The notes under the pieces were generated by a model. The model saw nothing but the letters and a program-made list of their open reading frames with translations, did not search any database and was not told the DNA's origin. Below are positions 56,152 through 64,000 of a DNA stretch of 64,000 bases, piece by piece. Each line of letters starts with the position of its first letter. Within the stretch, counting starts at the first letter, position 1. The position numbers were made by a program, and so were the translations under genes. The DNA lies in contig CAYGNH010000008.1 of assembly GCA_964351315.1 (NCBI GenBank), positions 84,180-148,179 on the forward strand, given 5' to 3'. This stretch comes from an uncultured Pseudobdellovibrionaceae bacterium. Lineage in GTDB: Bacteria > Bdellovibrionota > Bdellovibrionia > Bdellovibrionales > JAGQZY01.

Positions 56152-58815
56152 ATGAGTTTTCTTACCAAAATCTTCGGAACAGCCCACGACCGTGACATGA
56201 AGGTTATCCGACCTTTTGTCGATCAAATCAATTCTCTTGAAGCAAAAATGAAAGAGCTTTCAGACGATCAGTTGAAAGGCAAAACGGGTGAGTTCAAAGA
56301 AAGGTTGGTTAAGGGAGAAACAGTCGACCAGCTTTTGCCGGAGGCTTTTGCGGTTTGTCGTGAGGCGGCTTGGCGCGTGCTTCATATGCGACATTATGAC
56401 GTACAGTTGGTAGGTGGCTACGTTTTGCACCACGGGTCCATTGCAGAGATGAGAACCGGAGAAGGAAAAACCTTGGTTGCCACTTTGGCAGTCTATTTGA
56501 ATGCTCTCTCTGGCAAGGGCGTTCATGTGGTTACGGTGAATGATTACCTGGCAAAACGAGACGCCGAGTGGATGGGGCAGGTGTATGGATTTTTGGGTCT
56601 CACGACTTCCACGGTGACCCATGAGCTTGGCGACGCTGAAAGAAAAGCCGCCTATCGTGCCGATATCACTTATTGCACCAACAACGAACTCGGTTTTGAT
56701 TATCTTCGTGATAACATGAAGTACAATTTGAGCGATTATGTGCAGAGACCCCTACATTTTGCCATTGTCGATGAGTGTGACTCAATCCTCATTGATGAAG
56801 CGAGAACCCCATTAATCATTTCAGGTCCTGCCGAAGACAACACTGATATTTATTTGGCCATGCATAAGGTGGCCAAGCAATTGATTCCCGAAGATCACTT
56901 TACGATGGAAGAGAAAAACCGATCGGTGGCATTGACGGAAGAGGGTAACACCGCTCTTGAAACCATCATGGGAATTGAAAACATTTTTGACCCTCAGCAC
57001 ATCGATAATTTGCACCATATTTACCAGTCCCTGAAAGCTATCCACCTGTTTAAAAAAGATGTGGACTACATGGTTCAAGGCAACGAAATCGTTATCGTCG
57101 ATGAGTTCACCGGTCGCTTGATGGAAGGACGACGCTGGAGTGATGGCCTGCACCAAGCCGTGGAAGCCAAAGAGGGTGTTAAAATTAAAAACGAGAATCA
57201 AACCTTGGCGTCGATCACTTTTCAAAACTATTTTAGAATGTACGAAAAGCTGGCAGGGATGACTGGAACTGCTGACACTGAAGCTACGGAATTCCAAAAA
57301 ATCTATGGTTTGAATGTGCACGTGATTCCAACCAATAAACCCATGGTGCGGATGGATGAAAACGACGTGGTTTACAAGTCGGAAGAAGCCAAGTTCAATG
57401 CCATCATCGCTGATATCGAGGAGCGCCAGAAAAAGGGTCAGCCCGTTTTGGTGGGTACCGTCAGTATCGAGCGTTCTGAAAAAATTGGTCGAGCCCTAGC
57501 AAAGCACAATATCCCTCATAATGTTTTGAATGCGAAACACCACGAACGAGAAGCAGAGATTGTGTCGCAAGCCGGCCGAAAAGGCGCGATCACCATTGCT
57601 ACCAATATGGCGGGTCGCGGGACTGACATCGTGCTGGGTGGTAATGCCGAGGCCTTAGCTTTAAAAGAGTTGGGCGATACTGAGCACCCGGACTTTGCTA
57701 AAACGGTTGAGAAGTTTCAAGCCCAATGCAATGCCGAGAAAAAAGAAGTTCTTGAGGCGGGTGGGCTGTATATTATTGGAACAGAAAGGCACGAAAGCCG
57801 ACGGATTGACAATCAGTTGCGAGGTCGGTCGGGCCGACAGGGAGATCCCGGAGAATCGCGATTCTTCTTGTCACTAGAAGACGATTTGATGCGGAAGTTT
57901 AACGGTGAGCGCATAAAAAAAATTATGACGACCTTGAATGTTCCCGAAGATGAGCCGATCACGGCCCGAATGGTCACTCGGTCCATTGAGGGCGCACAGC
58001 GGAAAGTTGAAGGTCACAACTTTGAAATTCGTAAACACTTGCTTGAGTACGATGATGTGATGAACCACCAAAGAAAAACGGTGTACTCGCAACGGCGTGA
58101 ACTCTTGGAAGAAGACGACTCTGGCGATAACCGTATTTCCGCCACAGTTCTTGAGATGCTTTCTGAAGTGACTTCGAACATTTTAGACACCTTTGCTAGT
58201 GAAAACGTGAAGCGTGAACATTGGGATCTGAAGGGCCTTAGGGTGGCTTTAGAAAATCAATTTGGAATTGAGATCGATATCTCTGACGCAATCACCGGCG
58301 ACCGTTTAAATGAGCTAGTGGTCGATAAGGTCAAAGAGCGTTTTGAGTCGCAAAAGAATATGTTGGGGCCCATCTTTGAAGACGTCCAGAAAAGCATCCT
58401 TTTAAGCGCCATAGATCATTATTGGAAAGAGCACTTGCAGCGGGTGGATCGGATTCGTGATTGGGTGAACCTGAAGGCCTATGCACAGAAAGACCCACTT
58501 CTTGAGTATAAAAAAGAAACCTACGAAGCCTTTGAAGAAATGAATGAGCTGATTCACAAAGACACCATCGAGAAATTGATGAAGGTTCAACTTCGAAGGG
58601 AAGCCCAAGTCAGCGAAGAAGAGCGTGAGGACGTCCTTGAAGCCTTCCGTCCGCAGGAAAATAGTCAGCCTATGCAAGAGGGGCGAGGTGCAATGATGAG
58701 CACGGGAGGTCCAGATGTTGAGCCAGATCCTGGGTCTTCGTCAGGGAACCAGGGTCCCACTCGCGCCCAGCGCCGCAAACATGAGCGCACAAAAAAGAAA
58801 AAGAAACTCTTCTAA
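56152..58815 (+). CDS. secA: Preprotein translocase ATPase SecA
   Basis: 'MRTGEGKTLVATL', 'FAIVDECDSILIDEARTPLIISG', 'MTGTADTEA', 'TNMAGRGTDI' and 'GRSGRQGDPGESRFFLSLED'. The C-terminus is basic ('RAQRRKHERTKKKKKLF') and lacks the Cys-rich zinc motif. Confidence 0.98.
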   Translation: MSFLTKIFGTAHDRDMKVIRPFVDQINSLEAKMKELSDDQLKGKTGEFKERLVKGETVDQLLPEAFAVCREAAWRVLHMRHYDVQLVGGYVLHHGSIAEMRTGEGKTLVATLAVYLNALSGKGVHVVTVNDYLAKRDAEWMGQVYGFLGLTTSTVTHELGDAERKAAYRADITYCTNNELGFDYLRDNMKYNLSDYVQRPLHFAIVDECDSILIDEARTPLIISGPAEDNTDIYLAMHKVAKQLIPEDHFTMEEKNRSVALTEEGNTALETIMGIENIFDPQHIDNLHHIYQSLKAIHLFKKDVDYMVQGNEIVIVDEFTGRLMEGRRWSDGLHQAVEAKEGVKIKNENQTLASITFQNYFRMYEKLAGMTGTADTEATEFQKIYGLNVHVIPTNKPMVRMDENDVVYKSEEAKFNAIIADIEERQKKGQPVLVGTVSIERSEKIGRALAKHNIPHNVLNAKHHEREAEIVSQAGRKGAITIATNMAGRGTDIVLGGNAEALALKELGDTEHPDFAKTVEKFQAQCNAEKKEVLEAGGLYIIGTERHESRRIDNQLRGRSGRQGDPGESRFFLSLEDDLMRKFNGERIKKIMTTLNVPEDEPITARMVTRSIEGAQRKVEGHNFEIRKHLLEYDDVMNHQRKTVYSQRRELLEEDDSGDNRISATVLEMLSEVTSNILDTFASENVKREHWDLKGLRVALENQFGIEIDISDAITGDRLNELVVDKVKERFESQKNMLGPIFEDVQKSILLSAIDHYWKEHLQRVDRIRDWVNLKAYAQKDPLLEYKKETYEAFEEMNELIHKDTIEKLMKVQLRREAQVSEEEREDVLEAFRPQENSQPMQEGRGAMMSTGGPDVEPDPGSSSGNQGPTRAQRRKHERTKKKKKLF

Positions 58816-58884
58816 AGTCCGAGTCACTGGCGCCCGTGATGCAGCCATGGGATAATTAGCATTTAGGTATTTAAGGAGTCCTTG

Positions 58885-59853
58885 GTGTTAAAATGCCCCA
58901 GTTGTGATGCCACTCTTGAACAAGATTTTGGCATGGTCACTTGCAGTGAGTGCCAGTCGGTTCTAATGATCGATATGTCTGGCCAGGTGCAGATGGGTCA
59001 AGCTTCCGAATTGGACGACCCAAACCAAGGGTCTGACCAATTCACTGAGGATATCGATGATGCCACCGATCCTCCAGACCCATCATTCACGGCACCGGAT
59101 GATTTTGAGCCGATTCGAACTCTCGAAAATGATATTTTGGCGGATTCTGATGACAATAATAATCAAGCCGAGAATTTTGAAGATACTGGGGATGTTTTTG
59201 ATCCTATCGAGTCGGACATGGACGACATGGAAGCCAGCGAGTACGACCGCGATGACAACACAAAATCGGGGGCCTCACAAGACGACGATCAGAGTTTTGA
59301 AACGTCTTTCGAAGATCCCGATTCTGAGGAGGATGATTTCCTAGCAACAACAGAAGAAGGCTTCGAAGATGTTGAGCCAATGTCCGCGCAACCCCTGTCT
59401 GAAACTTTTGAAGATGCCGATTCAGATTTGGAGGCGGAGGAGGAAGAGGAGCTTGAAGCTTTTCCTTTGGCATCTGAGCCTGATCCAAACCCTGTTGATA
59501 TCACCAGTTATGCCAACTCGGAAGCCTCCAGCTTGGAAGACGGAGAGTTCCTTTATGATGTGACTGTCTCACGCTTGGATTCAAAGGACCTCAAAGAGGT
59601 TTTGAAATACGTTTTGATTGATGAAAAACTCAAGCTCAATCATCATGAATACTTAAAAAAGATTCGTGATGGTAAGGTTACAATTGAAAACCTCAACCCG
59701 ATTAAGGCGAAACGAATTGTAGAGCAACTGCAATACCACACTGTTGGAGTCACATGGAGGCAAAAGCGAGTCGTGATGGAAATCGTCGAGCCTGAAATCG
59801 ACGAGGAAGAAGAAGGTTTTTCTGAAAACACAGAGGAGGATTTGAATGTATAA
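58885..59853 (+). CDS. Zinc-ribbon protein with long hyper-acidic region (hypothetical)
   Basis: GTG 6 nt after AAGGAG. 'CPSC-x12-CSEC' is a zinc ribbon. About 170 aa are Asp/Glu-rich low complexity ('DPDSEEDDF', 'EAEEEEELEAF'). The C-terminal roughly 90 aa look globular. Confidence 0.6.
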   Translation: MLKCPSCDATLEQDFGMVTCSECQSVLMIDMSGQVQMGQASELDDPNQGSDQFTEDIDDATDPPDPSFTAPDDFEPIRTLENDILADSDDNNNQAENFEDTGDVFDPIESDMDDMEASEYDRDDNTKSGASQDDDQSFETSFEDPDSEEDDFLATTEEGFEDVEPMSAQPLSETFEDADSDLEAEEEEELEAFPLASEPDPNPVDITSYANSEASSLEDGEFLYDVTVSRLDSKDLKEVLKYVLIDEKLKLNHHEYLKKIRDGKVTIENLNPIKAKRIVEQLQYHTVGVTWRQKRVVMEIVEPEIDEEEEGFSENTEEDLNV

Positions 59854-60388
59854 AGTGGGTCTTCTTTGTCTTTTTTTATTTTCTGTTACAACGGCCTGGG
59901 CGACTCCATGGGAGGGGCACATTGAGGATATTGAAAATTTAGAGACGAGCATTTTCAAATTTCAGCAAGAGTTGGATGTTCTTGTCGAAAGAAAGAAAAA
60001 CACTAGAGAGCAGGCTCGGATTGAACAGACCTTGTCACGGATTGTTGAAATTCATGCGGAGCTGATCTCTTTGCGAAAAAGCATGGATACCATTCGGCAG
60101 CATTTGAAGTTAGAACATCCGGAAAAAGCTCATATTCTTGACCAGTATGACTCTCGTGTTTACGGACGAAAAAAACGAGAACGCACCGGCACCAGTCCCT
60201 TGAGTCAGCAGCTTGACCAGCTAATGATTAAGATTCAATTGAAGTATTCCAGTTTCATTCGGCAAGAGAATGAAAAGGAAGAAATGGTGGCGGTAGAAAA
60301 AGAAATAGGTGCTAAACGCAAAAAGAAAAAAGAGCGCGAGGCCGATGTCTATCTTCGCAAGCGATCGAAAATCAAGCTTATCGAGTAA
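59846..60388 (+). CDS. Secreted coiled-coil protein (hypothetical)
   Basis: 8-nt overlap with the upstream gene. Signal 'MYKVGLLCLFLFSVTTAWA'. Heptad-rich, with a basic C-terminus. Confidence 0.5.
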   Translation: MYKVGLLCLFLFSVTTAWATPWEGHIEDIENLETSIFKFQQELDVLVERKKNTREQARIEQTLSRIVEIHAELISLRKSMDTIRQHLKLEHPEKAHILDQYDSRVYGRKKRERTGTSPLSQQLDQLMIKIQLKYSSFIRQENEKEEMVAVEKEIGAKRKKKKEREADVYLRKRSKIKLIE

Positions 60389-60409
60389 AGGCAGACATCT
60401 TTGGAGCAC

Positions 60410-60838
60410 TCAAATGGTTTCAAATTTAGGGGGCTTGTCATTCTTGTTTTGTTTTTTGATCTCTTTTTTAATGGCCTCTCGTAGCTCATCTTCACTTAAG
60501 CTGGGTTGAAACTCCTTGCTGCTTTTCTTTAGGCGGGGTTTTTTAAGTTCATCCATTTCTTGGGCCGAAAGCACAGGTTGTATTCGCTCACCGGTTAACA
60601 CCACTTTTCCCTGTCTGAAATAGACAACTCTTTCGGTTTGTCGATCTTCGGGTTTCATATAATAAATCCAACGATCGTGCCCTTGCCAGCGGTCAGACCA
60701 GTGGGGAGGGCCAGCCAATTGCAAAACCTCAGACTTGACCATTCCCATTTGAATAGAGTTGAACTCCTGTTCGCGTCGGTCTGGTGCTGTGCAGGCGGCT
60801 AAGGTAAAAAGAAATAATATAAGGAAGAGAGACCTCAT
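60410..60838 (-). CDS. BamE (SmpA/OmlA)-like outer-membrane lipoprotein
   Basis: The internal ATG gives 'MRSLFLILFLFTLAAC' (lipobox LAAC). 'IQMGMVKSEVLQLAGPP...WIY...VVYFRQGKV' fits the SmpA_OmlA pattern. There is a Lys-rich C-terminal tail. Confidence 0.5.
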   Translation of the reverse strand: MRSLFLILFLFTLAACTAPDRREQEFNSIQMGMVKSEVLQLAGPPHWSDRWQGHDRWIYYMKPEDRQTERVVYFRQGKVVLTGERIQPVLSAQEMDELKKPRLKKSSKEFQPSLSEDELREAIKKEIKKQNKNDKPPKFETI

Positions 60839-60950
60839 ATTCCAAGTATCCCTCACAATTGGGAAAATCGCCAGAAAAGCCTCCAAAACCGCTTGCTTTC
60901 ACCGTTTCAAAGTGAGAATTATAGCTTCAAGTTCGTTTCGGAGGTTGCCC

Positions 60951-61160
60951 ATGTCCCAGACATACCAATACGGAGATTATAACCGTGGTGGAATGCTCGC
61001 GTTCTCTTTCTCTATGGTTATCACTTTAGCATTTTTCATTTATGTTGCTTTTATTCACTCCGGAGTCGACCTCCAGGAAATTAAAAGCAGTCAGCCAGAT
61101 AAAGAAATGTCAGCTCCGGCTCCTGAGGCCGATGCTGCGGAAGCTGAAACGGCAGAATAA
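60951..61160 (+). CDS. Small single-TM protein upstream of the oxidase cluster (hypothetical)
   Basis: ATG after GGAGG. 69 aa with TM 'MLAFSFSMVITLAFFIYVAFI'. The longer listed ORF (60759) overlaps the divergent bamE-like gene. Confidence 0.45.
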   Translation: MSQTYQYGDYNRGGMLAFSFSMVITLAFFIYVAFIHSGVDLQEIKSSQPDKEMSAPAPEADAAEAETAE

Positions 61161-61212
61161 ATTCTGCCTCGCATTATCTTGCGACCGTTAAACGAGAGAC
61201 AAAGGTTATGAA

Positions 61213-62040
61213 TTGTTTATAAAGCTGTTGTTAATTGTCTTCACTATACCTTGGGCTTTGGCCTATATCCCGGATACGAAATCAGGGGAGCAAAATGAAA
61301 TTCCTGATGCGATCGAGGGCGTTGGTATTGATGAAAATCTAAACAAAAATCTTCCAGACGATCTGCCGTTTGTTAATGAAAAAGGCGAATCCGTAAAAAT
61401 TGCTGATTTTTACAGCGACAACAAGCCCGTCATTCTGAGCCTTGTCTATTATTCTTGTCCCAGCCTTTGCAACCTTCACTTGAAGGGCGTGTTCGACGTT
61501 TTTAAGGAGCTCCAGCTGACTGCAGGCAAAGACTTTGAATTCATTGCGGTTTCAATTGATCCCAAAGAAGAGGCCGACTTGGCGGCGGCTAAAAAAGAAA
61601 CCTATATTTCTGAATACTTAGGTGATCAAACGGAATCAGGCGACGGAATCCATTTTTTGACCGGCCCCCAGGAGAGTATTTCCCAGTTGGCCCGACGGGT
61701 GGGTTTTAAGTTTAAGTGGAATGAGCAGGCCAATGAATGGGCTCATGCGTCAGCGGCCATTATCACAACACCGCAGGGTTTGATTTCTCGCTACATGCAT
61801 GGCGTTTATTTTGATCCCCAAACTTTTCGTCTGTCGGTGGTCGAAGCTTCGGAAGGAAGGGTTGGAAGTTTGGCCGACAACTTTGCACTTTTTTGCTTTC
61901 GTTATGATCCAAAAACGAATAAATACTCAATATACATAATAAATATCTTAAAAGGAGTGGCCGCTTTGGTGCTTCTTTTACTGTTGGTCTGGCTTGTGCC
62001 TTTTTGGTGGCGATCAAATAAAGCAAGCTCGAAAACTTGA
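61213..62040 (+). CDS. SCO1/SenC family copper chaperone
   Basis: Thioredoxin-like 'VILSLVYYSCPSLCNL' (CxxxC) and a downstream His ('WAHASAAII'). There is an additional C-terminal TM. TTG start. Confidence 0.75.
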   Translation: MFIKLLLIVFTIPWALAYIPDTKSGEQNEIPDAIEGVGIDENLNKNLPDDLPFVNEKGESVKIADFYSDNKPVILSLVYYSCPSLCNLHLKGVFDVFKELQLTAGKDFEFIAVSIDPKEEADLAAAKKETYISEYLGDQTESGDGIHFLTGPQESISQLARRVGFKFKWNEQANEWAHASAAIITTPQGLISRYMHGVYFDPQTFRLSVVEASEGRVGSLADNFALFCFRYDPKTNKYSIYIINILKGVAALVLLLLLVWLVPFWWRSNKASSKT

Positions 62041-62074
62041 AGGCCATAGCTTTGGTCAATAAGGAGTAGATTTG

Positions 62075-63097
62075 ATGTGGTGGATTCCGACAGCTGAAGC
62101 ACAGTCTTTTATGCCTCCCGCAGCAACAGAAATCGCAGAAAGCGTAGACTCGCTCTATGGTTTTTTAGTGATCTCAAGTTTGATCTCATTTGTGATCTTA
62201 ATGGGCGGTCTTGCTTACTTTGTAAATAAATACCGTCGCCATGGCGATGATGACAAGACGGCTTATATTTCTCATAACTATACTCTTGAGTTTCTTTGGT
62301 CTTTCATTCCATTCGTCATTTTTATGATTTCATTTGGATGGGGCGCTAAGGTTTATTTGGACATGCGCCATATTCCTGAAGAAGCCATGGAAATTCACGT
62401 CGTCGCTAAAAAATGGGCCTGGGAATTTACTTACAAAAACGGTCGCACGGAAACCGCGGGGATTGGTGAGGATAACAAGCCTACACCGGCAACAATGAAG
62501 GTGCCAATTAACCAACCGGTTCGATTGATTATGACTTCGCAAAAAGTGGACCCCAACAACAAACGAGACCGTGCCGTTCTGCATAGCTTTTTTGTTCCTG
62601 CTTTCCGCGCGAAACAAGATATTGTTCCTGGTCGTTATACCCAAGTGGCCTTTACGCCGAATAAATTAGGATCCTTCTGGATTTTTTGTACGGAGTATTG
62701 CGGAACGGGGCACTCGAACATGTTAGGCAAAGTGGAAGTGATTCCACAGGACGAGTTCAATGATTGGGTCGTTGGTGAAAGCAGTGCCGGAGGTGGAGAA
62801 ATGTCGTTGGTTGACAAAGGCAAGCAGATCTACGCTCAGCGGGCCTGCATTGGTTGCCACAGTGTTGATGGATCCAAAATGACAGGCCCCACTTGGAAGG
62901 GCCTTTATGGTTCCGATCGAAATTTTTCTGAGGGGCCTGCTGTGAAAGCCGATGACAACTATTTGCGTGATTCGATCATGACGCCGAATAAGCAAGTGGT
63001 TCAAGGCTATCCGCCCAATCAAATGCCGTCCTACCAAGGACAACTAACGGATGATGATGTCACCGCCGTTATCGAATTTATTAAGAGCTTGAAGTAG
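62075..63097 (+). CDS. ctaC: Cytochrome c oxidase subunit II with fused C-terminal cytochrome c domain (caa3-type)
   Basis: Two N-terminal TMs. CuA site 'HSFFVPAF...FCTEYCGTGHSNM'. C-terminal heme c motif 'CIGCHS' and a distal 'M' ligand region. AAGGAG RBS. Confidence 0.9.
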   Translation: MWWIPTAEAQSFMPPAATEIAESVDSLYGFLVISSLISFVILMGGLAYFVNKYRRHGDDDKTAYISHNYTLEFLWSFIPFVIFMISFGWGAKVYLDMRHIPEEAMEIHVVAKKWAWEFTYKNGRTETAGIGEDNKPTPATMKVPINQPVRLIMTSQKVDPNNKRDRAVLHSFFVPAFRAKQDIVPGRYTQVAFTPNKLGSFWIFCTEYCGTGHSNMLGKVEVIPQDEFNDWVVGESSAGGGEMSLVDKGKQIYAQRACIGCHSVDGSKMTGPTWKGLYGSDRNFSEGPAVKADDNYLRDSIMTPNKQVVQGYPPNQMPSYQGQLTDDDVTAVIEFIKSLK

Positions 63098-63109
63098 GGA
63101 GTATTGATC

Positions 63110-64000
63110 ATGTCTGAAGCTGGTAAAAATTATCTCAATCAAGAAGCAGGGATCATGTCTTGGCTCACATCTCGTGATCACAAACGAATTGGTCTTCTGT
63201 ATTTTTATTCCATCGGGTTTTTCTTTTTAGTCGGCGGGATCTTCGCCATGCTGATTCGTACTGAATTGTTTGCATCAGGCAGTTATTTTGATCCCGCAGT
63301 TTACAATCGCTTTATGACCTACCATGGAATTATCATGGTGTTTTTTGTTATTGTTCCTGGGGTGCCGGCAATTTTGGGAAACATCATCATGCCTCTGCAT
63401 TTGGGTGCGAGAGATGTGGCCTTTCCCACCGTTAACCTAATGAGCTGGTACTGTTACATGCTGGGGGCCGTCCTGGCTGTATCCAGTCTGTTTATGGGAG
63501 AGCCTGTTTGGGGTTGGATTGGTGGGGCCGACACGGGTTGGACCTTTTACACGCCCTATTCTATTAACTTTACCTCAGCCAATATTACGGCGGCCTTAGC
63601 GGCGTTTGTTGCTGGGTTCTCTTCGATTTTGACAGGGGTTAACTTTGTGGCCACCGTGCATAAGCTGCGTTGTCCTGGGATGACGATGAAGCGTATTACG
63701 CTATTTACGTGGAGTTTGTACGCAACGGCAATCTTGCAGGTTCTAGCAACCCCGGTGATTGGGATCACAGTCATGCTTTTGGTGATGGAGAACATTTTTG
63801 GTATCGGAATTTTTGATCCTGAATTGGGTGGTGACCCGGTCCTTTTTCAGCATTTCTTTTGGTTTTATTCGCATCCGGCTGTCTACATTATGATCCTTCC
63901 TGCGATGGGTATTATCTCGGAGTTAATTACCACTTTCTCGAAGAAGACCATTTTCGGTTATACAGCCATTGCTTACTCCTCGATTGCGATTGCTGGGGTC
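63110..64000 (+). CDS. ctaD: Cytochrome c oxidase subunit I (5' part; truncated by window edge)
   Basis: Not in the ORF track because it has no stop. My translation gives '[33 protein letters not shown]...', typical of CoxI. The frame is open through nt 64000. Confidence 0.88.
   Translation, partial: MSEAGKNYLNQEAGIMSWLTSRDHKRIGLLYFYSIGFFFLVGGIFAMLIRTELFASGSYFDPAVYNRFMTYHGIIMVFFVIVPGVPAILGNIIMPLHLGARDVAFPTVNLMSWYCYMLGAVLAVSSLFMGEPVWGWIGGADTGWTFYTPYSINFTSANITAALAAFVAGFSSILTGVNFVATVHKLRCPGMTMKRITLFTWSLYATAILQVLATPVIGITVMLLVMENIFGIGIFDPELGGDPVLFQHFFWFYSHPAVYIMILPAMGIISELITTFSKKTIFGYTAIAYSSIAIAGV

Overview
This is a 64-kb, gene-dense chromosomal segment of a Gram-negative bacterium. I can support about 60 CDS, 3 tRNAs (Ser-GCU, Arg-ACG, Asn-GUU), four hairpin terminators, one tentative promoter and one GC-rich structured intergenic element. 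I saw no rRNA, CRISPR array, transposase, integrase, prophage or recognisable defence island. Most content is housekeeping: gmhA, rmuC, uvrA, PBP1A, xseA-xseB-ispA-tlyA, pepP, glpD, mreB, a histidine kinase, a sigma-54 activator, an MsbA-like ABC exporter, prkA-yeaH-spoVR, glnB-glnA, trmL, secA, and SCO1 with cytochrome c oxidase subunits II and I (subunit I is cut by the right edge). Many secreted proteins and lipoproteins have unusual lipoboxes (FQNC, LVQC). Together with a muropeptide-salvage operon, sigma-54 regulators and the PrkA triad, this suggests a Bdellovibrio-like or 'deltaproteobacterial' lineage. That assignment is inference only; no search was possible. I cannot confidently name a new system here. 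The most interesting candidates are: (i) a 304-aa protein that looks like a degenerate sigma-54-activator AAA+ core, close to a real activator; (ii) two tandem secreted Gly/Gln/Ala-rich proteins that share a basic C-terminal motif; (iii) a SecA lacking the C-terminal zinc-binding motif, followed by a zinc-ribbon, hyper-acidic protein; (iv) a translationally coupled amgK / MurU-like / anmK operon; (v) a structured GC-rich element upstream of xseA. All functional calls come from motif recognition by eye on the supplied translations.
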